Of a stretch of 64,000 nt of DNA, positions 1 through 12,900 are shown in pieces. The position numbers and the translations under genes were made by a program. This DNA comes from Negaprion brevirostris. Lineage: Eukaryota. Numbering within the stretch: position 1 is the first letter of the stretch; each line of letters begins with the position of its first letter. The notes under the pieces were generated by a model. It worked only from the letters and a program-made list of their open reading frames with translations, did no database searches and was not told the origin of the DNA. The DNA is taken from assembly GCA_030324005.1 (NCBI GenBank), contig JARDVH010000132.1:91635905-91699904 (forward strand), written 5' to 3'.

Positions 1-579
1 GACAGCAACCCTGCAGTAGAAAGGACAAGCGAGTGCGTTGAACTCTCGTAATTATTTTCCCAATTGTTTAATTCAAACCGCACCTCCCCCCCCACCACCA
101 CGAAAGCACTGAACCATGTTATGTTGTACAGAAACATTCTTAGAAAATGGTAAACTATTTCAGACGATAGCAGATCTCTATTTAATACTGTCTTGTGATG
201 TTTTCTCCGTCAACATGCATTTGCAAATATTTGCATTCGATAAAACATCATAATATCATTACCCATTTTAGATTATTTTAAAATGAGTGTCTTCCTGGTT
301 GTTTGAATTTTCCTTTTCTATGCTACAACATAATTTCAGGGGAAACGAGATTTTGAATGATAATATGGAATTTTTGACTGGAGTCCATGCATTCATCATT
401 GGTGTATTTCCTTATCCGGGGCCCACANNNNNNNNNNNNNNNNNNNNNNNNNNNNNNNNNNNNNNNNNNNNNNNNNNNNNNNNNNNNNNNNNNNNNNNNN
501 NNNNNNNNNNNNNNNNNNNNNNNNNNNNNNNNNNNNNNNNNNNNNNNNNNNNNNNNNNNNNNNNNNNNNNNNNNNNNNN

Positions 580-976
580 ATAAACTCCAACTACGTTGAG
601 CCAAAATTTCCACCTTGTGAGGAATATTCTCAAAATAACTACATACCAAGCCAATCTCCTGAATACTACGATCGGCCGCGGGACCCTGGATTCCATCATG
701 AGGCACTATACCCACAATCAAACTACCCAGAGCCGACCTACAGCTTCAACAATGTCCAAGGCACTGGCAACCAAGACATGTCGCAAAGGGGTCATGTGCA
801 GTCGCAGGCTAGCCTCCAAAATCACATACCGAGACAGAATCAGCTTTGTGAAGTGGTCCCAATAGCCACACCAGCTTTGTGTAGCCAGAATGCGAAAACC
901 CCCACTGCCCAGAAAGGTACTCTCAGCAAAGAGCCCATAGTTTACCCGTGGATGAAGAAAATTCACGTTACTACCG
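580..976 (+). CDS. hoxa4: HoxA4 coding exon 1, 5'-partial (start codon and about the first 7 codons lie in N-gap 428-579)
   Basis: The frame from 580 reads INSNYVEPKFPPCEEYSQ (Hox4 N-terminal motif) through IVYPWMKKIHVTT (hexapeptide). Donor G|GTAAGT at 976/977, phase 1. Confidence 0.93.
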
Positions 977-1057
977 GTAAGTAACTAAAGCTAACTGAAA
1001 CAATTAAAATTCAATTGAAATCGGATGTGCGGAACCCTTTCTGTAACTGGCCCTTTC

Positions 1058-1120
1058 ATGAGATTTACGATCACCTAACTGTTAGGTCGGTAATTACAGC
1101 GCCCATAAATTTCATTGCCC
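1058..1120 (+). promoter_or_regulatory. HB-1-like homeodomain-binding element in the HoxA4 intron
   Basis: Clustered AGATTTACGA, TAATTAC and CCATAAATTT motifs in the 5' part of the intron match the layout of the HB-1 element known from Hox4 introns. Confidence 0.65.
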
Positions 1121-1324
1121 TGGATCTTGCTCCTGGCCATGTGTCTTTGATGCTTTTCTAACCTAAATACCCAGAGCCATTTTATTGCAGTAGATTGTTC
1201 GCCGTTGTCAGAACACTTTGAGAAAAGTCTTGTCTTTTAGAACCTTCATTCACGTGCATCTAATCCCATTGTCAGATTCGTGGCTGTATCTGTATTTATG
1301 TTTGGTTACTTTTGTTTTGTTCAG

Positions 1325-1650
1325 TGAACCCAAATTACACTGGAGGAGAGCCCAAACGGTCTCGAACTGCTTACACGAGACAACAAGTCTTAGAGCTGGA
1401 GAAGGAGTTCCATTTTAACCGTTACCTAACCAGGCGTCGACGCATTGAGATTGCACACACTCTTTGCCTGTCTGAACGCCAGGTGAAGATCTGGTTTCAG
1501 AACAGAAGGATGAAATGGAAGAAAGATCATAAACTGCCTAACACTAAGATGCGTTCTGCTAGCTCATCATCTTCTACAAGCCAGCAAACACAAGTATCCT
1601 CCCAGGGCCCACAGCCAGATGGTTCAGCACCAAATTCATCAAGCCTATAG
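1325..1650 (+). CDS. hoxa4: HoxA4 coding exon 2 (homeodomain)
   Basis: Acceptor ttttgttttgttcag ends at 1324. Reads (V)[74 protein letters not shown], diagnostic of paralogue group 4. TAG at 1648-1650. Confidence 0.96.
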
Positions 1651-4254
1651 CTGCTTCGACTCTCCAACCCCTCTCCCACAACATAGTTTGGACCAAAATG
1701 TGTCTGCCACATAACTGACTTGAATGTGGAGGGATTTTTTGCAGTGAGAATTTTTTTCCAGGGTAGATGCTGTTAACCCCAAAAAGGGCAAGCATTTATG
1801 TTGTGTTAACCCATTCTCTGCAGACCTTCAAAGTGTTTTCTGTTTGATTGGGTGCATTCTGTATCCTTCATTACCTCCACATGAACTGATGCTAGGTTCT
1901 GTCAAAGTGGCTTCTTCCATGATATTCAAAGAAAAGAGATAAAAACGGACACTGAATAATAGATATTGTGAGGAAATGTAAGCGTCATAATCACAACTAG
2001 TGTAGTCTGTTGGAATATTTGTGAGAATTTAAGAATAAATCTGTTTTAGAATATGAGAAAGGCAGCAATATGTGTGGATGTGGAAATGGTTTTAGAGCAA
2101 ATAAACTGTCCCAGATGCTACATATATAGGAAATAAATTATGTCGCCAGCGTTATTTAAGGTGTTTTTATTTTAAACCTGTATCCTCTATATAGTCGTGT
2201 TACTGATATCAGTATAACGAATGTGCAAGGATCTTATCCAGAGATTTCAAACGAGTGGTTGTATATTTAACAATTTTGGTACAGTCCAAACTGTGACGAA
2301 ACCGTACAAATCATTGGTAAGATTTGTGTATTTTTCTGTGGATATTTCAGTGTGCTATGTGCAGTGCCAAATGTTGCTAAAACGAAAGACATAAACGACA
2401 GTGTAAAAATGAAAGCCCTGGGCTTTAAATAAAATGTTAATTCGTGGACCATCTCAGTTCTTATGTGTACGATTTACTTCAGTCAGGATTTAGCGAACAC
2501 ATGGCGAATTACTTTTTCGACTCAAAAACGTGGCTATGCATTCAATTGACCGGTTTTGAATATATTCACATCCTTACTTTCAAACTAAAGCAATTTAACC
2601 TCCTCCCCCCACCGCCCATCAACCGCTCCCCCCGCCCCCCATCCCCATCTCGACCCCCACACTGCAAAATATCTGGTGGTTCTGAAGAATAACTGAGCGA
2701 AAGAGGTTAAATTACTGCATGGATCTACAATTCATCTTTCTACAGCCTTTCCACATCAAGTTCTACGTCACCGAGTCGTAAATAATGCAGTAAAATGTGA
2801 GGCGATCAAATAATAAGTCATCTATAAGGTGGCGAACACGGCCTTCTGTGGCCCTAGACGCTATTATTCCGGTCCTGGAATAAAGTGTAACCATATGGGA
2901 TTATTTTTAATTTGCATCCTGTTGTGCTGTCTCGTACTTTACATTATTTAACGTGGTAACGACATTCCAAATATAAAAAAAATCATTGTTTATTTTATTA
3001 TTTGTAATATATGGCCAATAAAATATAAACTGCAGGACTACATATTCGAATATATTGCTGTGACTTCATTTTGTTAATCTTGGGGAATGGGCGCTAAACA
3101 ATTAAATAGTTACTTCATTGAACATAAAATTGTAGCTAGTGACTTCTGGCATTGTAGACTATGATAATTCTAGTATGCTCCATGTTATTGATTGATTGAA
3201 GACAGCACAAACATCAGGCTTTCTGAAAAAAATAGTGGACATTGGAGGCTTCATTGTATCGCAAACAACACTTCTTTATAAACATCTTAGTGATTTTGAT
3301 ACATCTGTATGCCCGAGCAACCATTTAAAGCTCACAGCATGAAAATTCGTTTATTTAAATATGCGGCTTTTCTTCTCCTCTTCAAATTGTACATATACTA
3401 GGTATAAACACTACCAAGGCACAGAACGCATCACGTTAGTGATGGGCAAAATACACGTATGCTGTTCCTCTTAAAACTTGTTTAAAACTGAAATACCCTG
3501 GCATTATGTAAAATTACGCACAAATACTATTGTCCGAATTTTCGATACGGATTATACTGAAATTTCACATTTAGCTCCTTGAAAGAAAAAAAACCCCTGC
3601 TCGCGGCTGTAGAAATATTTTGTTCTTTTCTTACAATTAGCAAACAACAACTGCTAGCATGATCAGCATAGACATTCGTAAATACGTTTTGGATAACGAT
3701 TTAGGATGACTGGAAAGACAAAGAATCGGACGATGAGAAAATTCGCCCCCATTTGTCAGTCGTGCTTGCTTATCTGTAAGAGGAATTTTAAACAGATTGA
3801 AAATACCAGATTTTGCTCGGAATCATTAATCACCTCATTCAATAAATACTTCTTTGTATACTTCAACAGCAAGTCTGAAGGGCGCTCTTTTGGAAAAGTG
3901 TGTGGACACATTGGATTCTCTTGAATAAAATGTGACCATCTCGACGAGCAGCATGTTTTTCCCCCCTTGGAACAATCCTGGAGTTGCTTGCTGGCATTTT
4001 TTATTACCACAGAAAATTATAAGCACATATAGTCAAAGGGAAAAGGTAACTTATTTTATTCCAAGTCAGTTTTGAAAAGGAAAAGTTTATTAAAACTTAT
4101 CCCTCAAATGACCAAACTTTAGGCGCCTTTAGCAAATGAAAACCCGCTTGCATCTTTATTTTCTTTCTCTTTGATGTTTTTGGTTTATTGTAAATCGAAC
4201 GGTCTTTTGTAATAAAAAGTTGCATTGTTTGTCAACGGCTGGGCAACCAGAGCG

Positions 4255-4271
4255 AGTTCACCAAGAGGACA
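4255..4271 (+). promoter_or_regulatory. DR5 retinoic acid response element (Hox4 3' neural RARE)
   Basis: AGTTCA-ccaag-AGGACA, 2.6 kb 3' of HoxA4; same half-sites and position as the conserved 3' RARE of Hoxa4/Hoxd4/Hoxb4. Confidence 0.85.
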
Positions 4272-5589
4272 GATTTTCTGACCGATTAGCCGCTTTTAGC
4301 GATGCAGTCTGACCCCTCAAACCCTTGACCTTTAAAAAGATGGACAGTGCTCTTTCCACTATTTCCTATGCCTGCAGATAGGGGTTAAAAATGTAGCTTG
4401 TTATAAAAAAACCTACAGAAAGTCCCAAATAACTTGTTTTTTAAAAAAAATCATATTTAAATATGCGGCGATACAAAGAGCAAAGTTTATATATTTCTGT
4501 GTGTGGGTCTGTGTATATATGTACATATACATTAGGTGTGTGCACATACAGTGTCGTTTGCTGTGTGGGACGTGCTTGTGAAAGGAGTGTTTGATGATAA
4601 TTTATACCCAAGTTGCAAAACACAACCCTTGTGCGTTGTGAGAAACAATGCCTATTTTAAATGGTTTGGTTAATAACATTTTTGTAGTTAAAAGTTGTCA
4701 TAATTTAAAAGAATAGATCCAATCCCTCACTTGTTACAGTGAGATGATTCTCCTAGAAAGGAGTCTTCATTGTTCTGATTATTGAATAGAGGAATAACCA
4801 ATATATTTTCTATCAAATACAAATTTGCTTTCCATGAACTATATCTGCACTAATAGCTCTTTGGGGCCAGTATTTTGAAAATTCATAAGTAATTAATTTA
4901 ATAAAATGCAGCATTTCTTTTGTTTACGCATGTGAAAATGTATGACTTAATTAAAATCAAAACACGACAGTGTGAGTTTAAAGCGCATCTAAAGCAGTGA
5001 GAGATTGTCACCAATCATAAAAACTCATTGTGTATATTTTAATCAACTATTTCTATAACGCAATATTCGTTATTACCCTTAAAAAGACCAATCTATGCAC
5101 CACCGTAATTATGGGCTCCCACTTGCCAGACACAATGCAAAATCTAATCCACATTTGAGTGGTATAATAAAATATCGACTGTGGCTAGTGAGGGTCGATT
5201 TGGTGTCAAATTTAACAGCCTTGGGGGGGGATGTAAAGTCATATATGAAAGAGTTAGTCTTACATGTGACTGTTATATATGCGGGTTACTGTAACACTAA
5301 GCTTCAATATCAAACTGTCAGGCGGACAATAAAGACAGCTTGAAGAAATGCCCAAGAATATTGGACTGAGGCTGTTCGAACTATAGGTGACACAAATGGC
5401 AGACCTGTCAAATCTGGGATCAAGGCAGGCCAGTCATTTTTGCATTATCACTTACCAGTAAGCATCCAAAGACTAAAAGAAAACCAGGACAATAAAGATT
5501 CAACTAAAAAGGGGAGCAAAAAGGGGGAAAAAACTCCACACTCCAAGATAAAGGGTCACGCGTCTCCTCTGTGTATGTATTGAAATTTT

Positions 5590-5780
5590 AATCTCCCCAG
5601 TCACGTGACTCATTAAATAATTAATGCAGCCGGTCCGGAATAGATATGTAGTCGTCAGTATTCGCACTAGATCTGTTTCAGTCTGATGTGAAAATGAACT
5701 TTCCTTAAAAATAAGTCTATAATTGGAAGACTTGTGTCGGAAAAGGAAGAAGCACAACTCAGGCACGAATTGTGGTGAGT
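5590..5780 (+). promoter_or_regulatory. Putative distal HoxA3 promoter and non-coding first exon
   Basis: Perfect palindrome AGTCACGTGACT (USF-type E-box) at 5599-5610, then CATTAAATAATTAATG, then donor GTG|GTGAGT at 5774/5775. Confidence 0.55.
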
Positions 5781-8700
5781 AGTGTCTTTATGAGCAGTGT
5801 TTTATTCTGTTTATGTTTTTACCTTTTTATTTCTTAATACTGTCATAAATGTGATGAATAGCGCCCTTTAGTATTCAGATTTAAATCACGGCATGTCTGT
5901 GATGGTGTTTAGTCAGTCTCTCGCGTGTCAGTAATATTTTAGATTTTTTTCATGATTAATTGCAACAAATACAAACACATATGATGATGTTCTAGTTCAC
6001 AGTATGTATGCCTGGATACCACGGTGTAGCTGTGCTGCTTTGTTCAATTTTCCTGTCGTTAATAAATCACCATCTCTTACATGCGCAGGGCTGAGAGGCA
6101 ACTGTAGGCAGCAGCGTTTGGAAATGAAGAGGCAGAAGCTAAATTCCTCTATGATTCATTAATTTGAGCGATTTACAATAAGTGGCAGAGTTATGGTGCT
6201 CCAACAAATGCACTAACATATGTAATTCTGAGCAAAGTGAAGCACTTATTCTGCCTGTCTACTGTTTGGCTTAGGCATAGAAATAATGTGCAACTATGAG
6301 CCGGAAAAAACATATAAGACTAAAGAATGTACAGAAACACCTGTATTTATTGTAGTGTTTTAGGACAAGTTAGTGAATCTCTCATTTTCATAATATTGTA
6401 TTCACTTATTTCCATGGTGATGCTGGTACAATCTCTGAACTCGTAAGGACTCAGTTTGCCCTCATGAAAGAATATATTTGTTCTTCGCAAAGATCTTACT
6501 CCTATTTAATAGATGCATTTGATGTTGGTACCTGCCGAAAGTAGATCCAGAAACGTGCATTGTTTGCACTCATAATTAAGTAGCACTCCTAATATTTACA
6601 ATAAAAGATCATTAGTAAAAGTACATATCACTTAATTAAATGTCTCATCACTCCAGTCAAGTACATTTTATTATTCTCACTATTGGCTATGATCAATCAA
6701 AACAAGATAATTGCAATAGTATAACGGCTGATACAATGTCTTCAGCTTCCGGGCCGGCATTCCAATGAAACACATCTGTAATTGGATGCACCTCCTGAAA
6801 TCAGAACAATACGTTATGAGTTACTGTTTGGCAACTGCTTCACGATTATTATTTTTTAAATGACAATAAATGTACTCCTTTTAGGTCTATCCAGAATCAA
6901 GACTCGTTCCAGGATAGTCTAATTGGGCATTAAGATGGTCTAAGAGCCCGAATTTGAAAGGTAAAATATTTTGCTTTGCTGCTGAATTCAGGTGGACTGG
7001 TATTATTTTAGTGTAACAGGTGGCTTGGTGCTTGCAGTTCATCGGAATCAGAGAACACTAAATGAAAACGTAATTTATTTCTCCAACTCTGTTATAAGCT
7101 GAGAGGTTGCGTGCACTCCGCAGAGCTGTTCCCTTCCACGTTGAAATGTATTACCCGGCTGCAAAAGGTAGTCATGGAGCCATTTGAGAGTGTCAGGTCG
7201 GTGGTTATTTAAGGGAACAAAAGCCTAGGGTAATTCCTTTGTTTCGGGTTCACAGCAGCCTCTAAGAATTCACTGAGGCTGGAAACACAAAGCTTGATTT
7301 ATTTAACAGGGAATATCATAAATATCATTTTTAAAGGAAAAACAACTTTTTCTGTAACATCACCAAATAACACACATATATTTATTCATTTTCAACTCTG
7401 TGTATGAATTTGAACAGCATTGGCAGGGAGAGGATCATAAAAATATTTACTGTAATTGTGTACCGTTTGCTAATTTGTTGTCATACATATTGCCAAAATA
7501 AAAATTCACATAACCATACTTGAAGGGCAGTATGCTTTGTAAAGCCACCTATTTATTTTTCATGGGATCCAAATGTCACCTCAAAGCAATCTTTCTCAAT
7601 GCTTGCGATAGCACGCAATCTCTATTCTATTTCCGTTTGCATATGAAACTAAACTATAATCGGTAAAATGCAGTGGACACCTGAAACCCCTTGGTTGCAA
7701 GTGAACGTAAAATATACCCAATTTCTTTATTTTATTATTACCAGGCTAACAAGGAATATCGAAGTAAGAACTTCTCTCCAGTTCCGTTTTCCCCTTTTTT
7801 TTGTACTGTGTAAATATCTAAATGGACAGACTTTCCGAGATGGTTTGTAATTTTATTCAAAGGCAAAATGCAATGCTTAAAAATAAACATTATTTTCAAC
7901 CTATTCGACGTAAGAAATCCAGTTCAATACAAGTTCTGGGCATGATATAGTTAATAGAACATCAAATGAAAATCACCCCAAAATAATATTTTTAAAAATA
8001 ATCTTTTAATATAGAAAAACAAATCCACAAATAAGAATCGACTGAGCACAGGCATGTAGGGCAAAGCGGCACGCAAATCTTCCCTCCATTCCATAAATAG
8101 TATGTTTAGTAATATGTTGGCTAAAGGTAACACTTTTCCCGCAGACAATACAAGCAAATAGTGTTGTTCGACTTTGTGAAGTTCCGGATTGGTAGGAATG
8201 CTCAAATTATCTGGTTAGTTGAAAGTGCCGTTTGATAAGTAGAGCAGTTTTATTGCATGGAATAAGGAGTGCAATAAATTACTCAGTCTTAATGCCTTGT
8301 TGTGATGGGTTTGTCAATTGCACCCGCATACAAAAATGATTTTCGTACAAGGCCACTCTTAAAATGAAAACAAACAGAATTTTACTGATACTTGGCTGAT
8401 TTATTTTTCGGACAGTTTCTGTATAAAGTTGATAGAATTTAGATTAAAAGAAAGCAATTGTTTCCTTGCGGCCATTCGTTTCTTGGGGACGTTTTCTCAT
8501 GCTCCGAGCACTCAGTCTAATTTTATTCAGGTCAGCGTCCGCCTAAATCTTGCACCAGATCCTGTTTCCTAACTTTATTTCCCAGCCTCAAAGTCTAACA
8601 TTTCCACTTAAAGGGTGTGTTTGTTCTGGAGAACAAAGACAACGAAATAATATTCAACCGTGCTTAAACAGCGGGAGAAAATCGCTTATCTATAATTGCA

Positions 8701-9900
8701 CGTTTGTTACAGAGTAATGTCTCAATGGACATTTAAAAGAACAATAAAGGGTAAAATGAAACGTGTAGCGGTGGTTAGTGCTTAACATGCGAACGCCACT
8801 TTCTCTGCCATGCTGCCCGGTTTTATCCTTACCTTCGCAATGCAATGGGACTTAGCTCTCCTCAACACTGGGGCAGCTGTTTTCCTAAATCAACACCGCT
8901 TAAATGCAATGCGAGCTTGCATGCATACTACCCTAACAATGAACCACAGAAACTTTATTGTATGTGCCTAATAACCAGATTTGATCCAGATTCTGCTAAC
9001 AATTATTTTTAAGTCACGTGAACGGATTCCATAAGGTTTTTTTCCCCCCTCGATTTGACCCTGCTTGTTTGCTGGGCTGCTTTTTTCTCTCTCTCTCTTT
9101 TTAATGCTGAGATCTCACAGAAAACCAGTGTCCCAGACGTCTGCAGAAACCTGTAAGGCAACCAGTTCAGTGTTTGCGGGGCGCCGGATCAGTGTTAAGG
9201 ATTTAAATTTCCTTCTCCTGCTTTTCTGGCCTGAACAGGCTTTGCAGAAAGAGGAACTATCTCAAGTAAGCAGTGAGCAATATTTTTAAAACAGCCGGAT
9301 AATCTGGAAAATGTAGAATCTGCAGGGTGCGTTGGAACTTTCCCCCTCTAAAGCACATTACCAATTTCGCAGCAGGCTTTATCCGTCCTTTGAGGCTGAT
9401 TTGGATTTGGCTGATATCTCAGGTAAGCTGTAAGATTCTTTGCAGCTCTATCTATTGGTCCAAAGAACAATCCCCGGCCCAGTTTTCAATTAATACACAA
9501 AACCTGGTCCAAGAGAAGCTATTGCTTGTCGCCTCAGCCGATTATCTGTTTTTCCAGATTCTTCAACCTTTAGAATGGACACGTCGGTTATAGTTATTTC
9601 CTGGAACATTTTAAAGTTCAACTTTGCACTTTTTAAAAGTTTGTGCTGCTATTGCGATAATACCTCTAAATCAAAAATGGCCATTAGTTGCTAGGACAGA
9701 AGAACTGTTTAACTTTCAATATTTTAGCCCCAAGATATAACTGTGAGCTGTGATCACAGTTTGATGGGTTCTACTTGTCCAGTATAAGTGTCCTAAATAT
9801 ATCTTCAAACTGTAGTCTCGGAATAGCCGATCTCGTCTGTCACAATTTCAGAAGGTTTCTTGCAAATTTCAAAGAAACCTGACGTACATTTTTGTCTGTT

Positions 9901-9933
9901 TATCTATCTATCTATCTATCTTTCTATCTATCT
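9901..9933. repeat. (TCTA)n / GATA microsatellite, about 8 imperfect units
   Basis: tatctatctatctatctatctttctatctatct read directly. Confidence 0.9.
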
Positions 9934-12900
9934 TTAAATATGTGCATACTTAAACTATATGCATATATTTACGTGTGTATGTGCGTACATTATATGTCGA
10001 ACTTCACTTGGTAGTGTTCATCAATTATTCATTAATGTTTTACTTTGGGTGAAAGTTTAACCACGGCCATTGTAAGACCATTGCATGGATTTTGTTCAGA
10101 GTGAAAATGTAGAAGGCATAACCTCTCTTAAATTTGCTGAGGTTGGGAGACCAATAAACTGGTCTTGTTTTGTACCCTGATACTTGGATTTGCTGTTATG
10201 ATTAGAATTTAACTCAGTTCATTAAGAACCATGCTTAACTGTCCTGGCCAAACTTTTTGCATATACAGGCTTGCCTAAAACTGTAGGATTGGACTTTAAA
10301 ACAACTTTCGATCATTTGTGACACTAAATAATGGTTACAAGCAAGAATAGTGTTGAAAGGAAACGTGTCTATATTGTGTAAAACAACTTGCAGTGAATGT
10401 TTATGAAACAACTTTCAAAGATATTCAGGATGAAAATGGATAGAAGGAAGCAAAGGTAGAAGTGGACGGGGCAAAATAAAGTAAAAGCAACAGAATAAAG
10501 GGACCATACTGAAAATAGAATTTACATGAAAAAAGCACGTTTTCTAATTATATTTAAATGGCAGAAAATACGTGCTGAGAATAGAATCAATCTTCAATCT
10601 CTTACGTGAACTGTTTTTTTTTAACAACTTCAGCCAAATTGATATTTCAGGTGTCTTGATATTTTCTCCTAAATACTTTTGATTACCCCAAACTTTCAAT
10701 ACGTGTTGCACTAAGCAAGGTAAACCTGATAAAGAAGGCAGAGATGTCAATTCTATTCCCTAAAGATACACAATGGCCATATTTTCATCGATGGTTCCGC
10801 ATCACTATTAACATATATTACATTTGAATCTATTTTGTACTTTCTTCCGCAAGAAATTCAATGCATCACTCAATTGGCAGAAAACGTGTAAGCACACATT
10901 TTGCATGAAGGTCCCTACAGACATGACTTACCATTCTACAGGAAAAGAAAGCAGAATCATTACATCGCTGTCAAGTCCACTCCTCACCCTGTGCTACACT
11001 CTCTAAAATCACCTAGGCTTTCTGGGACACTGCTTTGTCTTTGTCAGGTAATTATAATCCTTTTCTAGTTTCAATAACTAGCATGGTGTAACGTGTGGGT
11101 GTTAAGCAAGTCCAGTACAATAGCACGCTCTGAAAAGGGAGGCTCGCGTGGAAGCCTAACCACAGTGGGACTTCCCTGCTTATTTGGTTGTTTTAGTCGA
11201 AAATGTGAATGCTCCCTTCTTCATAGGTCGATTTAAACTCCCGTTCCGGGTTTTAGTGCGCTGCCAAGAACTATTCTTCGTTCCAAATAGTTGAGTCTGC
11301 AGGCTCCGGATAGAGGTCTTTTACACTATGAGATACAGGCGACACAACTTACCGTATCGTGGATTTCCTGCAAAGAATTATCGCGGAGCAACCTTCTGCA
11401 ACACCAACAAAACTCTGCTTAAGAAACTTCTTTGGTTTTGTTGAGTAAAAAGTTAGGTTTTGCCTGAAAAAGGTGCTCCTTTAATTANNNNNNNNNNNNN
11501 NNNNNNNNNNNNNNNNNNNNNNNNNNNNNNNNNNNNNNNNNNNNNNNNNNNNNNNNNNNNNNNNNNNNNNNNNNNNNNNNNNNNNNNCTTTAATTATCAC
11601 CCAAATTCAAATAAAAGGATTTAAGTTGACGTATGACCACGTGAGCACATAATACAGCGCATTATTGTGGCATTTGGATCGGAGACCTATGCTGGCTTCG
11701 GCTGTGATTACGCTTTTCCACTTTCTGTTAAGAGCCAGCTATTTTCTTCTAAAGAGATTGCACTCTGGGCACTGGATTTCACATGAAGGAATATATGCGA
11801 GCAGGGCGAGATGCTGCGTTTAGCGGAATGGATTTTATTTTGAGGTATTCCAAATGCTTCCGTTGATTGTTCATTAATATGGTGAGTTATTGCTGTTCAA
11901 GGCAAAGGTCAGTGGAAAGACTTACGGGTGTCAGATTGTGCCAGAACACGCTTAGATTCCCCTTTTTTCTGTTTGCTTCGGCATATAATCCATTTCCAAT
12001 AATATTCTCTCTCCATATGGTAAATGGAAAGAAGTTATTTTGTAGAATACTGTTCGGATCACATGCGTGTGTTGTCCTTAAAACACGAACAATTGAATAT
12101 TGAAATCCTGTCAATGGCCGCTCTCTGCCCGAGTGTGTACGAACAAAAGTATATTTTTATCACATAGCATTTAACTCCGATATTTCCGGCTCTAATGGAC
12201 GTTAAGAGGAATGATTATTGTATCACATGGGGGTAAATATACATTTACTTCTTCTGACATTTTATTCATTATGTAATGCGCTCCAATGAACGGTTCTCCG
12301 TCCATTTTAGAAATCTACTTAGCTAGTTTGTGAATTGTAGTATCTCTAGGCGGAGGTTATTTAGGTTTCGCGTTACTAAGTGTGTGTTGTTGAAATCTCA
12401 ATGAATCATATCTCTTAATGGAGGAGTATTAAATTTTGTGCTTCTATCATTGACGGGCAGTGGTGTTGTGAGGGCTGGGGGGGGGGGAAGAGAAGAGAAA
12501 GACAGTCCATCTAAGGTTTAAATTTTTTTTAAAAAATCATTGTTGCTCAGAAATAGTCCCTATTTGTTCATCTTCACCGTGGTAGTATTTGATTAATGTA
12601 AGGCACAAAGCAGGCTGAATCGAGAGGATTATTTTGTTAGCAGGCCGTCATTGCGTTGGAATACGGATTGCCTGGAGAATTTAACGAAATAAATTAAAAG
12701 GCGATGCAAACTAACGCAGTACCGCCTTTGTTTTTAAAGGATGCATGCGCGATGAATAAAAGGCTGGAGAAAGACTCGTTATGATATGCTGGGGGTGCAA
12801 ATGTTATATAAAATTGCACCCACCAGTGAGTCCTGCTCAGGAAAGGTCAGGGTGTTGCGATTTGATTTATGTTTTCGGTGGACTGGGACAGCCAGGCCAA

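Noticed and set aside
287-721. ORFs spanning N runs (also about 12.8-13.2 kb, 18.9-19.3 kb, 56.1-56.4 kb, 58.3-59.0 kb and 61.7-62.3 kb)
   Set aside because: They are open only because N codons contain no stops.
778-984. 68-aa ORF as a complete protein or as the true HoxA4 start
   Set aside because: This is an internal Met of exon 1; the frame is open back to the gap at 580 with the conserved Hox4 N-terminal motif.
11894-11911. TGTTCA...AGGTCA as a RARE
   Set aside because: The spacing is 6 and the first half-site is non-consensus; at best a weak DR1-like site.
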